A stretch of 64,000 bases of DNA from Stegostoma tigrinum (lineage: Eukaryota), in the NCBI RefSeq assembly GCF_030684315.1, contig NC_081362.1, forward strand, positions 84,411,012 through 84,475,011, read 5' to 3'. Positions 26,335 to 40,400 of the stretch are shown here, in pieces; position 1 is the stretch's first letter, and each line of letters opens with the position of its first letter. A program made the position numbers and the translations under genes. The notes beneath the pieces are model-generated. The model saw nothing but the letters and a program-made list of their open reading frames with translations. It made no database searches and had not been told where the DNA came from.

Positions 26335-26791
26335 CGTGACTCAACTTACCATGTGAAAACATTTTCTCATATCACATCTGCAATGTTTATAAAGTAATTA
26401 AGTCTGAGCCCTGTCACAGGTGGAACGGTTTCTCCCTATCTATTCTATCCAGACTCCTTATGATATTGAAAACTTCAGTTAGATCTATTATTAAATCTTC
26501 TCTCCAAAGAGAACATTCCCAATATCTTTAATGTATCCTTGTAATTGAAGTTTCTCATCCCTGCAATCACTTCTGCTCTCTCTAATGTGTTCACATCCTT
26601 CCTTTAAATATGGTGTCCATAAATGTACACAATACTCCAACTGAGCTTTAACAAGTGTTTCCTATACAAGTTTAGGATCACCTCCCTACTCTCGTACCGT
26701 ATACCTCTCAAAGCAACACAATACTTTACTAGATAATAAAATGTGAGGCTGAATGAACACAGCAGGCCAAGCAGCATCTCAGGAGCACAAA

Positions 26792-26827
26792 CGCTGACGT
26801 TTCGGGCCTAGACCCTTCATCAGAGAG
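26792..26827 (-). ncRNA. Minimal hammerhead ribozyme
   Basis: Same intact core motif. Confidence 0.8.
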
Positions 26828-27096
26828 GGGGATGGGGAGAGGGAACTGGAATAAATAGGGAGAGAGGGGGAGGCGGACCGAAGATGGAGAGTAAAGAAGA
26901 TAGGTGGAGAGAGTATAGGTGGGGAGGTAGGGAGGGGATAGGTCAGTCTAGAGAAGACGGACAGGTCAAGGAGGTGGGATGAGGTTAGTAGGTAGATGGG
27001 GGTGCGGCTTGGGGTGGGAGGAAGGGATGGGTGAGAGGAAGAACAGGTTAGGGAGGCAGAGACAGGTTGGACTGGTTTTGGGATGCAGTGAGTTGG

Positions 27097-27131
<35 letters not shown>

Positions 27132-28158
27132 GAGAAGAGCTGGGCTGGTTGTGTGGTGCAGTGGGGGGAGGGGACGAACTGGGCTGGTTTAGGGATGCAG
27201 TAGGGGAAGGGGAGATTTTGAAACTGGTGAAGTCCACATTGATACCATATGGCTGCAGGGTTCCCAGGCGGAATATGAGTTGCTGTTCCTGCAGCCTTCG
27301 GGTGGCATCATTGTGGCACTGCAGGAGGCCCATGATGGACATGTCATCTAGAGAATGGGAGGGCGAGTGGAAATGGTTTGCGACTGGGAGGTGCAGTTGT
27401 TTGTTGCGAACTGAGCGGAGGTGTTCTGCATAGCGGTCCCCAAGCCTCCGCTTGGTTTCCCCAATGTAGAGGAAGCTGCACCGGGTACAGTGGATGCAGT
27501 ATACCACATTGGCAGATGTGCAGGTGAACCTCTGCTTAATGTGGAATGTCATCTTGGGGCCTGGGATGGGGGTGAGGGAGGAGGTGTGGAGGCAAGTGTA
27601 GCATTTCCTGCGGTTGCAGGGGAAGGTGCCGGGTGTGGTGGGGTTGGAGGGCAGTGTGGAGCGAACAAGGGAGTCATGGAGAGAGTGGTCTCTCTGGAAA
27701 GCTGACAGGGGAGGGGATGGAAAAATGTCTTGGGTGGTGGGGTCGGATTGTAAATGGCGGAAGTGTCGGAGGATAATGCGTTGTATCCGGAGGTTGGTAG
27801 GGTGGTGTGTGAGATCGAGGGGGATCCTCTTGGGGCGGTTGTGGCGGGGGCGGGATGTGAGGGATGTGTTGCGGGAAATACGGGAGACGCGGTCAAGGGC
27901 CTTCTCGATCACTGTGGGGGGCAAGTTGCGGTCCTTAAAGAACTTGGACATCTGGGATGTGCGGGAGTGGAATGTCTTATCGTGGGAGCAGATGCGGCGG
28001 AGGCGGAGGAATTGGGAATGGAATTTTTGCAGGAGGGTGGGTGGGAGGAGGTGTATTCTAGGTAGCTGTGCGAGTCGGTGGGCTTGAAATGGACATCAGT
28101 TACAAGCTGGTTGCCTGAGATGGAGACTGAGAGGTCCCAGTTCCCTCTCCCCATCCCC

Positions 28159-28194
28159 CTCTCTGATGAAGGGTCTAGGCCCGAAACGTCAGCT
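28159..28194 (+). ncRNA. Minimal hammerhead ribozyme
   Basis: CTGATGA 28163-28169, GAAACGTC ending at 28190. Confidence 0.8.
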
Positions 28195-29239
28195 TTTGTG
28201 CTCCTGAGATGCTGCTTGGCCTGCTGTGTTCATCCAGCCTCACATTTTATTATCTTGGAATTCTCCAGCATCTGCAGTTCCCATTATCTCTCTCTCCCCA
28301 CAATACTTTACTAACTGCTTTCTCCACCTGTTGTGGCACCTTCTGCGCATATTTTCATCCAGGCCCTTCTACTGCTGCACCAACTTTAGAACTGCAAACC
28401 TTAAATTGTGTAATCTATGTTCCTTACCCAGCTGCATCATTTTACACTTCTTTCTGTTGAATTTCATTTGCTGTCTTCCCACTCCATTAGCTTGTCTACA
28501 TCCATTTGATATCTGTTCACATAGATTTACAAGACTTCCAATTTTTATACACACGGAGGTTCATACACATCTTTAACAGTAGCAGAGTGTTGATACAACT
28601 TGAAAATATAAATATCCAAATGTTTCATATAGCAAGCGTACAAAAACAGTAAAATTATGTACATCATTTATAAATCACTGGTAAGCCTCAATTGTGTCAT
28701 GTATCCAATTCAAGAATAATATCAAGGCCTTAGGAGTTCAGAGATTTCACAGAATGGCACCAAAATTGAGGCATTTCATTTGCGGAGAAATTAAAAGAAA
28801 CTGGAATTGATCTCTCCTGAGCAGAGAAGCTAAGAGGAACATTTAACCAAGGTGGTTAGAATTATGAAGGATTTCTATTGAGTAAAACATGAAAAGGTTT
28901 CCCTTGGCAGAACAATGACCAGTGAACAAAGAGTTGAGCTAATAGCAGAAGTATGAAAGTGGCAGTGGGATATGCCAGGAAATAACAAGGTGTAGAGCTG
29001 GATGAACACACAAGGCCAAGCAGCATCAGAAGAGCAGGAAAGCTGACGTTTCATGTCTGGACCATTTTTTGTGAAATTGTTCCAATCTGAAATGCTTTGC
29101 CTGAATAAAGATGTAAAAATTTCAATAACTTTTTAAAAAAGCAACTGCATACACACTTGAAGAAAACTGTAAAGTCTAGGGAAAGGAGCAAACACAACCA
29201 ATTTAAGGTTAGCAAGGTGAGGTCACATGGAATATAGGA

Positions 29240-30295
29240 GGACTAGCCTTTGGAAACAAAATTGGCTGGAAGGTGAGAGACAGTGGTGGTGGAGAGTTGT
29301 GTAATCTATGTTCCTTACCCACACACCTACGGCCTATGACCAGCAGAGTGCTGCTACGTCTGCTGTTCTTGTCATCTAAATGATTTGGATGCAAATGTTG
29401 TAGGGATAAGTAAATTTGCAGGTGACATGAAAATAACTGGTGCAGTGGGCAAAGAAGATTATCTAAGAACAACAGGAGCTCGATCAGATGAGCCAATGGG
29501 CCAAGGAGTGGCAGATGGAGTTTAATTTAGATAAATGTGAGGTGTTGCATTTTGGTAAGGCAAACCAGGGTAGGACTTATACAATTAAATGGTAAGGTTC
29601 TGGGGAGTGTTGCTGAGCAGAGACACCTTGGGGCATAGTTTCATAGGTCCTTGAAAGCAGAGTCGCATGTAGACAGGGTTGTGAAGGCAGCATTCAGTAC
29701 ATTTGCCTTTATTGGTCAGTGCATTTAGTATAGGAGCTGAGAGGTCATATTGTGGCTGTACAGGATGTTAGTTAGGCCACTTTGAATATGGCATTCAATT
29801 CTAGACACCCTGTGATAGAAAAGATGTTGAGAAACTTGAAAGGTTGAGAAAAGATTTGCAAGAATGTTGCCAGGGTTGAATGGAGAGTATACAGGAAGAG
29901 TAGGTTGGAGCTAATTTCCCTGGAGCATTGGAGGCTAAGAGTTGACCTTATAGAGGTTTAATTTTAAAAAAGAGATGAGGCATGGATATGGTGAATGGCC
30001 AAGGTCTTTCCCCCAGGATAGGGCAGTTCAAAACTGGAGGGTTATAGGTTTAAGGTGAGGGGAGGGGAGAAAGGATTGAGAAAGACCCAAGGGGCAACTT
30101 TTTCAAGCAGAGGGTGGTGCATGTACAGAATAAGCCGCCAGAGCTGGTGGGGGAGGCTGGTACATTTACAACATTTAAAAGGCATCTGGATGAATATATG
30201 ATTAGGAAGGGTTTAGAGGAATAAGGACCAAATGCTGGATTAATTTAACATAGCTGGTCTGCACAGGCAAGTTGTACATTTCTGTGACTCCATAA
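29240..30295 (+). mobile_element. CR1 LINE 3' part
   Basis: WQMEFNLDKCEVLHFGK region and 3' end. Confidence 0.85.
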
Positions 30296-30759
30296 CTGGA
30301 TAGCTCTTCTAGGGACCTGGCACAACTGGAAAGGTCAAATGGCATTCTTGCTGTACAAAATGATGGCAATATTAAGATATTCACAATGGAGAATTTGAGG
30401 AGTGGTGGATTGGTGGAGCTTAATATTGTGCGGTCGTAGAAAAGGAAGAGACCAAGAACAGATCCTTGTGAAACTGGAAACAAGATACTGGACAGAAAGC
30501 AGAATCATTGCTGTAAGAGTTCTTGCTACACGAGGCTGCAAACACGTATGGTCCTACAGAAGATGACTGGGACAATGAATGCAGAAAAGTAGTGAGCACT
30601 GAGACAGAATAGCACATACAACAGTTAGAGAAGGCTATGGTGATGCTGATCAGAGCCAATTCCATGTCTTGGCATGGGAAGATACCAGATGGGAGATTTT
30701 CAGATACAAACATTGAATTTTACATTCAGTTCAAAAGGACAGGGGAGCGGATCCAAGAC

Positions 30760-32790
30760 TACTTTTCTCAAACAAAAGAAAATTATGAGGGAAAGCAGAG
30801 CTTGCAAAAGTGAATTAGCAAATTAGATAGGTGACAATTTTTTTTCTTATTGGAATATACCCAGGGACAAATACCATCCATGGTGAACTATAAATGCTAC
30901 AGATACTACCAAAAGAAAAGAAAAACATACAATTGTATAAAAACTGGCAGGTCAGAAGACTGGATAGAATATAAAAATGGCAATGAATAACCAAAACATT
31001 GATGCAGGGAAGGAGTATAAAAGGAAGCTAGAGACTGAAAATTTAAGACAAATAGTACAAGTTTTTATAAATATTGGGGGGGGGGGGGGGGAGGAGGAGG
31101 AGGAGGAGAGGAAGAGATGGTTAACAAAGCGAGTCCTATAAAAAGGGGGACTTGAGAATTAATATTGGAAAATAAGTAAATGACAAATTAACTGATGGAA
31201 AATACCCAGTCTTCACTGCTGAGGATGAAAGAAGCATGTGATAAGTCACAAAAAGAAAGGAATGAAAAGAACACAGGAAAATCCTAATCACCAAAGTGAC
31301 ATCATGTCAGCTGATAAGCCTGATCCAGATGAATGTCATCTGTGGATCTTTTTTTTTGGGGGGGGGGGGGGTAGCTTGTGTTATAGCTGTTGCAAGGATT
31401 TTAAGTTTTCCAAAATTCTTGATCTGATGATAGTCCCAGAAAGATAGCAAATGTAGCTCCTTCATTTAGGGAGGGAGGGAGACAAAGCAGAAGTAACAGA
31501 TCAGTTGATTTAGCGCAAGTCATAGGCAAAATGGTCGAAGTTATTATTGTACAAGTTATTTCAGGGCACTTGATTAAGTTCATGATAGTTAGGCAGAGTC
31601 AATACAATTTTGTGGAAGCAACATCATGTGTGTCCAATCTATTGGAGTTCTTGGAGGTGGTAACTTGCTTTTTATAAAAGGGATCTAATGAATGCACCAT
31701 ATGTATATCTTCAAAAGTCATTTCATAAAAAAGTACCACCACAAAGGTAATTGCCAAAAGCAAAAAAGTGTTCGGTGCAGGAGGTAGCACGGTGGCATGA
31801 ATATAAAACGGCTCGCTAGCAGGAAGCAGAGAATAGGCAATTAGTTTTTTTCAGGCAAGCTACAACGAATGGAGAATCACAGGGATCATGCTGGAACTTT
31901 AAGTGTTCACAATTTATACAAATGGCTTCGATGAATTGGAACAGGAGATATGGTTGCCAAATTTGCAAATGACAAAGCTAGGAAAGCATTATGTGAAGAG
32001 GACACAAAGGCACCGCAGAGGGATTACAAATAAGTAAGAGCAAGGGTGTGGCAAACAGAACAAAACATGGGAAATTCTGAAATTGTCCATTTTGCATTAA
32101 GAATAAATAAGCATACTCTCTAAATGACAGGAGATTGTAGCGAGGTCTGGGTGGCCTTCAGCATAAAGATACAAAGTGGTAATGTGCATATATAACTACT
32201 AATGAGGCAAGCTAACAGAATGTTATCCTTTATCACAAAGGGAATTAAATATAAAAATGTGGAGGCTATGTTTAATTATACTAGGCAGTAGTAAGACTTG
32301 CATCTAAGAGGATTGTCCAACTTATTTAAAGAAGAATGTAAATCCATTGCAGGCAATTCAGAGGAAATTTGAGACACTAATTCCTGGAACAGGGCTGCTG
32401 TGGACAGGCCAGGCTTGCATGTGCTGAAGATTACAAGAGTAAGAAGTGATTTGAACGAAATGTACAATGTGGTGAGGTAGATATGGAGTGTTTTCTCTTA
32501 TCAAAGAATATCTAGATAAAGGGGGCCAAATTTCTTAAATCTGATGTGTGATTTTAAAAAAAAATCACAAAGTGTCTTCGGAACCCTTTTCCTGAAAAAA
32601 GGTGACAAGGCAGAGTACTTGATTTGGTTTCGAAGGCAGAGGTTGATAGTTTTTTGTTAAGTAAGGGAGTGAAAGGGTAAATTGGAATGCAGATTGGAGG
32701 TCATAGCCATTTCAGCTGTAACTTGTGAATGGCAGAGAAGACTCGAAGAGATGATTAGATCATTATGGCTCCAAATTCATATGTTCATGT
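30760..32790 (+). mobile_element. Old CR1 LINE
   Basis: Degenerate RT motifs (ANVAPSF, KFANDK); boundaries approximate. Confidence 0.6.
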
Positions 32791-34334
32791 GTAATATACA
32801 GACAATGAATGCAGATCTGATAACATGGAAGAGACAGATGAATGATTGGGTGATATTTGAGTTTCTTTTTTAAAAAACTTAAAATCAGATGCATTACTAG
32901 TCATCAGATTCTCAGAAAATGTAATAGAAAATACACATTTCCTCATTACATTCAAACAAAGGTCAAGGCAATTCAACTATTAATACCAGCAGTATTAAAT
33001 GGAGACAGTTTCCTGCACTTACAAATTCTTAACTGGTTCTGCACTAAGAAAGTACATAACATCAATATTTGCACTGAACAGCATAATAAACTGGCCAATG
33101 CATTCAAATGCAAAAATGATTTAGCAACTACTGCAGTGTTTGCATAACAGAAGTTATTTATGAATTAACTGTTAAGTTTTTGGTTTTTAACCATAAAGGA
33201 ATGAAGGTTTCATTGTTAGTGTATTGATGATTAGATTGTGTGGCAAAGATGTAACTTCACATGCAAAATTCTGCACTAATGTATTCAGCACAGTAATTTT
33301 TGGCTCATGATGTATTTGCATCCTGGTTTTTTTTAAGTATATAGTTTTTAAATCACTATACCTCCCCACCCACTTTGAAACAATGAGCCATTACTAATGA
33401 GTTATCCTTGTATTGTTCTTAATATAAAAGAAGTTTCCCTCAATTTTTTTCCATGGTTAGTCAGAAATTAATTGGGAATGGCAATGGTAGAAAATGGAAG
33501 GACTATAAGAAATTAGTTTGGAAGGGACCTTTCTACTATTGCATATTTGTTTCTTGATTTAGGTCTTAAAAATATTGACTCCAGCATTTATCCAAAGTGC
33601 AGGTAGGGCTACAAATAGCTGAATGAATGCAGAGTGGCCATGAAATAAAAGGTCTTGCTGAAATTAAACGGGAGTCCCTTATGTTTTTCATTTTTACCTT
33701 CCAGCAATCACAAAAGGAGTTTGACAGGGCAAGGGACAGCACCCAAAGGATGGGTGGGGGCACAAGCAAGGGGAGTTGGTGGGATGCTTATATACATTCC
33801 CAAGTACTGAAGGAAATTAGAACCACACGGACTAATGTTTTTTTCAAAATTTGTTACAAATGTAAGTCGTGCCAAATGGCTATGACAGATGTTATACAGC
33901 TGTATGTAAAGAAATAGATGGGTGAGATAACTGAGTTGCCTTGAATATGGCATTGAAAGATGTTAACAACAATGAATAAATGCTTAGAAGGCTGATCGAA
34001 TCTTTGGGGTTAATAGGTCATGTTTCACAAACCATATAGATTGTATTGAGAGTAGAAAATATTATTGAGATCATGAGGAGAAATACTGTGTATTTTACAG
34101 AACTCAGCAAAGAGGTTTGAAATTCCAGAATGGAGTGAGAAATAATCTTGTCCCATATCATATCATTGGGTTATCTTACATGAGGCAAGATGGCAAGTTC
34201 CTAATACAATTTCTCACACTTCATCAAACTTGGGCAATTTGCAACAGCTGTTCTAATGTATATTTACATCACTGTGAACTAAAGTGGCTTCATCTGATCA
34301 AGTATTTACTCAACCTATCTTTGGAGAGACATGG

Positions 34335-35600
34335 CTGAAGCATGTAAAAGTTATTTGAAAAGGCAAGGGCTGATTAGGGATAGTCAACATGACTGTGCAT
34401 GAGAAATGATGTCTCACTATCTTGACTGAGTTTTGTTTTGAAGGAGGTGACAAAGAGGATTGAAGACGACAGAATGGTGGACATTGTCTATATGGACTTC
34501 AGTAAAGCTTTTGACAAGGTTCTGCATGGCGGACTGATTAGTCATTTTTGGGGGTCAGGGTGCTAATTGGGTACAGTACTGGCTTGATGGTGGAAGAGAG
34601 GATGGTGGTAGTCAGTTGCTTCTCAGACTGGGGGCCTGTGACCAACAGTATGCCACAAGGATCAGTGCTGAGTCCACTGCTTTTCATCATTAATATTAAT
34701 GATTTGGATATGAAAATAGGAGGTCTGGTTGTTACATTTGCAGATGATTCCAAAATAGGTGGTGTAGTAGTCAGCAAAATAAAACATCAGAATATAACAG
34801 GATCTTGATCAGACAGACCAGCAGATGGAGTTTAATTGACATAATTGTGAGTAGTTGCATTTTGGTGAGGCAAACTAGGGCAGGGCTTATACACCTAAAT
34901 GGTAAGGTCCCGGAGAGTGCTGCTAAACAAAGGTGCATAGTTCCTTGAAAGTGGAGTCACAGGTAGACAAGGTGATGAAGGCGGCATTTGGCACACTTGC
35001 TTTCATTCGTCAAAAAACTGAATATTGGAGTTGTGGCATCATGTGGTAGATATACAGGACATTGGTGAGGACATTTTCAGAATACCGTGTGCATTTTTAG
35101 TTACCCTTCTATAGGACGGATGTTGAACTTGAGACGTCTGCACTTGGGTGCAGAAAAGATTTACAACGTCACTGGGTCTAGTGGGGATAAGAGGAGGCTG
35201 AAGTGGCTTGAAGTGGATTTTGCACCCACCCCCCACTCCTCTGGAGAGGATGATGAGTGGTGACCTTAAAAGGTTTATAAAATCACATGGGGCAAGGATA
35301 GGATGAATAGTTAAGCCCTTTTTCCTAAGGTGCAGGAGTCCAAACAGCATAGTTTAAGGTGAAAGGGGTAAGATTTTAAAGGACCAGAGAGGTAACTTCC
35401 TCACGCAAAGGGTGATGCGTATATGGAATGAGCTACACAAGGAAGTGGATACAATTACAACACTTAAAAGACATCTGGATGGATATATGAGTAAGAAGAG
35501 TTTAGACAGATACAGACCAAATGCCGTCAAATGGGGCTAGTTTTATTTTGGATATCTGGTCAGACTGGTATGTCTGACTGGCACGGACAAGCTGGAAGAT
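34335..35600 (+). mobile_element. CR1 LINE RT and 3' end
   Basis: PVTNSMPQGSVLSPLLFIININDLD...FADDSKIGG. Confidence 0.88.
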
Positions 35601-36361
35601 TCTATTTATATGGAATTTAGGCAGAAAAACTAGGGGATATCTTAGAATCCACTGATAATAGCCAATACATTAGGACACAATTAAATTCTGAAGGAAGACC
35701 CCCACATAGCAACTAAGTGTAATTAACATGAAAGAACCAACAGTACCTGCTGCAAATCAAAATTAGTACCAGCATAAAACCCAGCCATGTACAGTTGTAC
35801 TGAAGTATGCTGTAAATCCAATAAATAGATCTAAGCTGTCCAAAAACATTCACGTACAAAACATCTGAAGTAAATATTCTGACCTACGTTTAAAAGAAAA
35901 ACAAACAGAGACACACAGGTTGGAAGCTGGGGGACGCAGACAGAAAGAGGAGAGAATGGGTCATACATTAGAGACAGCTAACTTTTGGGGTCTGGTCAGG
36001 TTAGATGCCCATTTGGGAGGTAGCGTGAGCACACTGCACCTTTTGCAGCAGGGCACAAATTACAGCAGGGTTTTGGTTCCTCTAACATAGTCAGAAAGTG
36101 TTTATTTTAAAATAGAGAGAGTCATACATTACAAAAGAGACCCTTTGGCCCAACTTTAAAAGGTTGGAAAGTCTAAACCTCCAAGTTTCTTTCTGTAAAT
36201 CAGTCAGAGAGCCTTTTTCAGAGGGTTCCAGATGTCATGAAATTTCCAAAGGACAATTAAAATTTCACAGGATATACCACATTATCAACACAGAGCATCC
36301 AAGAGGTCCCGATATGCACTTGTCAGGATACACAAATCATTTAGATACATTGACACAGTTT

Positions 36362-37492
36362 GACCAATATAGCAATACATGTTAAGTGATATGAGAACTA
36401 TATTTGAAATTTTAGTTGTGCCATTAGAGTTGAGTTTGGGTGTTTAAAGGTGCAATACATGCAATCACAAGTTCAAGAGAGATAGTGAAATACATAATAG
36501 AATACAGGCACTAATTTACCTAAATTCATTGTAATTTGAAGCACCTTTTCCAACTATTAACTCACTTTAAAAATTTAGAACCATCTTGGTGGCGAAATGA
36601 TAAAGTTCGAATCCATTAAGTCTCACCATGAATTTGTACCTGTATTCTATTATGTATTCACTGCAACTTGTGAACTTCTGCTGGATTCAAACTCTCTCAA
36701 CATATCTAAATGATTACAAGAAAAGATGACCATTATTACTATTTAAAATTCAAAACTCCATGACAATGTAATTTAATACCTAGGCTTAGATTTTAAAGAC
36801 GAATGTCATTGTGTACTACATTGTTCAGCCAATTACTAAAACTGACAAAGAATGATGTGATGATCATATTTGCCAATTCCTATAACCTATTCAATAGATA
36901 GCTGAATAGCACAAGGAAAGCACAAGAAAAAAAGCTGCAGAATGTGAATCACTCAGTGTAATTTAAAGTATCAGTCACACTTTCCAGCCAATGTAAGCAG
37001 TCAATCCAATATATTTACAGTAGTAGAGATAGTGGGATTAAGTCTTATGTTAATGCAGTTGTAATAGTAAATTGTAAAAGTCAAAAGGATGGACAGAATG
37101 AAAACAGTCCTATCACAGCATTTCAAATAACTATCTGAATTATAGCAGTGGAAAAAAATCGCATTTTGATAGAGATAACAGTGACAAGTGAAGCTAACTA
37201 AAAACTCTGATACCACAAGCAATCCCTAAGCAAAAGACTACTCATTCATCAATACCAGATTCTTCAGAAAAAGTGTTTTATTCCAAGTCCCAATAATTTT
37301 TAGGAAACTTAAAACTTTAGTATTTGAGGAACTACAATGTTAGGCTACTAATTAAACATTCAAGCCATACTGAGTAATGAAAAAAATTACAGCATGTATC
37401 ATACCTTTAAAACACCCAAACCCAGTCTAACGGCACAACTAAAATTTCAAACATAGCAATACATGCTAAGTGATGTGAGAACTATGTTGGTC
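36362..37492. repeat. 1.1-kb segment bounded by about 100-bp inverted repeats
   Basis: 36362-36462 versus 37392-37492, with an internal 25-bp core in direct orientation. Confidence 0.8.
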
Positions 37493-40400
37493 CCTGTTAT
37501 TATAATGTAGACATTTTTCCACATACAAAATTTGAAACATTAACACTGAATCGAATCATCAAAACTCACCAGGGTACTGCAAGAAATCAAGCACCATTAT
37601 TCTCAGTGGTCACAACGCCAAAACTCAGCCAATTAATTGCCCAATTCTAGCCAACTGTCTAATTCAGATTAAGAGCGTTTGTAGATCTGTTCCCCTCCCC
37701 CCTTAAGAATAATACTACTTATTGTAAATCAAACTTTTTAATCACTGGCACAATCTATAACATGATAACTTACTTTACCCCTCAGTATTTCAATACACAT
37801 TCAAAGAATAGACTCAAAAATATTATGGGTGGAGGAAGAAAAACAAGTCAGTGCACAGTTCTGCCACCAGTTCAGATCATGGGCAATATTGTCTTCTTTC
37901 TACTCCTTATGACTGCCGATACCGGGCTATGGATACACCAACTCGCAATCTTACACTTTTAGTACACAGTTCAAAACAATTAGAAGTGCTTAATTTACAA
38001 GTTTATTTCCCTTCCAGTAACTCAATTTTGTTGCTGATCATTCTCTTCGCACCACCTCTTCCAAACACTGACTGCTTAATTCAATTTATCCCAAAATTAA
38101 TGCTAGCACATATTCCAACTATGCTGGTCACAGAGCCAAACCTGAATTATTGGCTCATTTAAGTTGTTGCACTTTGACCAATTATCAAAGTACGGTAGGT
38201 AATATAGTTTAATAAAATTAGACATCCTCCAGTTTTGCAATTTGTGAACAGATCTTCTGCAGATTCTCATCATCTAGATCACTAGAGATGCTTGAGCATG
38301 TCAAGAACAATCTGGAACAAAAACAGAAATTGCTGGAAACGGTCATCAGGTAGGGCAGCATCCGCGCAGATAAATCAGAGTAAACGTTTCAGATTCAATG
38401 AACCTTTGCATGGACTGCGTGATCAACATCAAGACAAGATGAATAAGACAACACTATGTTATTCTAGCACCAAAAGTTATGTTAAGATCTATATCTCACC
38501 CATCTTTCTGCTATGGTATGCTAGACTCATTAGGAGACATCTTCAATTTTTCACCTCAAACATATGATTCACTCATCTGATCACAAATGAGATCACAGAG
38601 GCAATACCAGCAAAGTTGCCAAGATGATCGCAGGAATTTGAAGCAATCCTCCAGAGCAGACTGTGGCAAACAATGTGCAAAGTGGATCCTTTGACAAGGA
38701 GAATAAGCACAAGTTGCCTTCAAGCTAAAAGTTTAACAGTTACTAACCTGTCACATGCTCCAGCAAGGGAATCTAGTACTAGTGAAAAACCGAAGTAGAC
38801 GAAGGAGTCTGTGCTTGATCAAATATGTCACAAAAACAGTGAACAATCACTGGCCTCATCATGAGAAGCACCAGAATGATTTCAACACCAGCAGCAATGC
38901 AAATGTCAGCCCTTGACCCAAATAAAATGCTGTGTCCACCAAAAATTTTAGATCAATAGCTAGCTGTAAAGTCACTACATGGAACAAGTGTCTGGTGCTA
39001 AAGGCATAAAACCAAGAATGCTCAGGAGCTACCAAAAGAGCCAAAATTATCAGTTCCCAACAATTCAGACAACAAAAACACAAGTACCCATTATGCTACA
39101 TTAACAACATTGATAAAACGGCATACTGAATTTCAGTATACCAAGCGAGTAAATTATGGAGCACAAAAGCTCAAAAACATTAGGCAAAAAATCACAGGAA
39201 CATGAGAAAAAAATGCATGGCATTAGCTTTCAAGGCTAATGGAATAAAACAAGGGTATTATAACATTTAAATAAGAAATAATGCCATACATTAAGCTCTC
39301 TGCAAAATATTTTGTACACGCCCATGACAATGGTTGGATGGGTATGGATGGAGAGAAGTTATGGAGTGATAATATGGGGTACAGCTGCACGATATTTAAT
39401 TGGATCCTAAAACTAAATGAAGAAACCTGATGCAAGTGTTTTATGCAAATACTGCCCTTGATATTATATTTATGAAAAGCAGTTTTGAGGTGGTTTGTGT
39501 TTCAGCCAGTAAAGTTACATGTGGAAGGGAAGTAGTTGAATACTTGTCCAATCTATTTGTCATAAATAAAGAATTCTTATGTTCAGAAATGTGGCCTGCA
39601 TTTTTTGTCAACCTGGGTCTAAAACACAGGTATATTCGAGAATCTTGCATACTTTTATTAAAAAAAATAACTTGTCACGACTTCATGATTAGCAGGGATG
39701 ATTTCCAGCATGCTACCCAGTGAGACACAACAGAGTACACCCAAGAAAGTTCAAACCACTTAGCTTTTGCCACTCTAAGCAAGCCTTCTCCAGGTTCAGT
39801 CCTTCTCAACTGGAGATTAAAGTATACCAACTTTACAGTAGTATACAATTTTGCACGTTTCAAAATTTCTTTCCTTGACATTTAATTTGGTTCCAAATTA
39901 ATGCCCTTTAATTTTTAGTCTCTCAACAAGCTTACACTCAACTTACCTTTGAATTTTCTGTCCAACAGATATTATGCTTCCCAGCTCAGCTATTTGCTGG
40001 AATTACTTCCAACTACTGGTGTATTTCTAGTCGCAGGCCTATTCAAGTTTATCATTCTTGCCCCCATCTTAATTACTGGCTGGTCTGCAACTCACCAATT
40101 GCAAGCAATTAACTAAATAATTTTGTACCCATTTATGCTTTCACCCTGATCCTCAGTCTAGAATTAATAAACAAATACACTATGAATGGCTACATAAAAG
40201 TTAGTTATGCAGATACACAGACTTGCCACACTGCAACACTAATTTCAGCTTCCTTTGTTAGCCTTTCCCAAGCTTATTTCAACTGCTCACTATCCGTGCA
40301 GATTCTTAGAAAACAGGCATACTCAAGTCAATTTGTTTCTCCATACAAATTTTCTTTACCACCTTTTTGTGAATTAATTTGCACCGTCTGACATGACTTA

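Larger units (their letters stand above)
26732..28290 (-). mobile_element. 5'-truncated PLE with short inverted pLTR plus tail (28140-28290)
   Basis: ORF 26779-27951 with intact VVYCIHCTRCSFLYIGET; 15-bp TSD cacaatactttacta at 26717-26731 and 28299-28313. Confidence 0.95.

Noticed and set aside
27098-27130. Long G runs (also about 24377, 31076, 50843) as functional G-quadruplexes
   Set aside because: Homopolymer expansions or base-calling uncertainty within repeats.
39947-40030. Exon ending at AAAG|GTAAGT
   Set aside because: Good donor but no convincing pyrimidine tract or acceptor.
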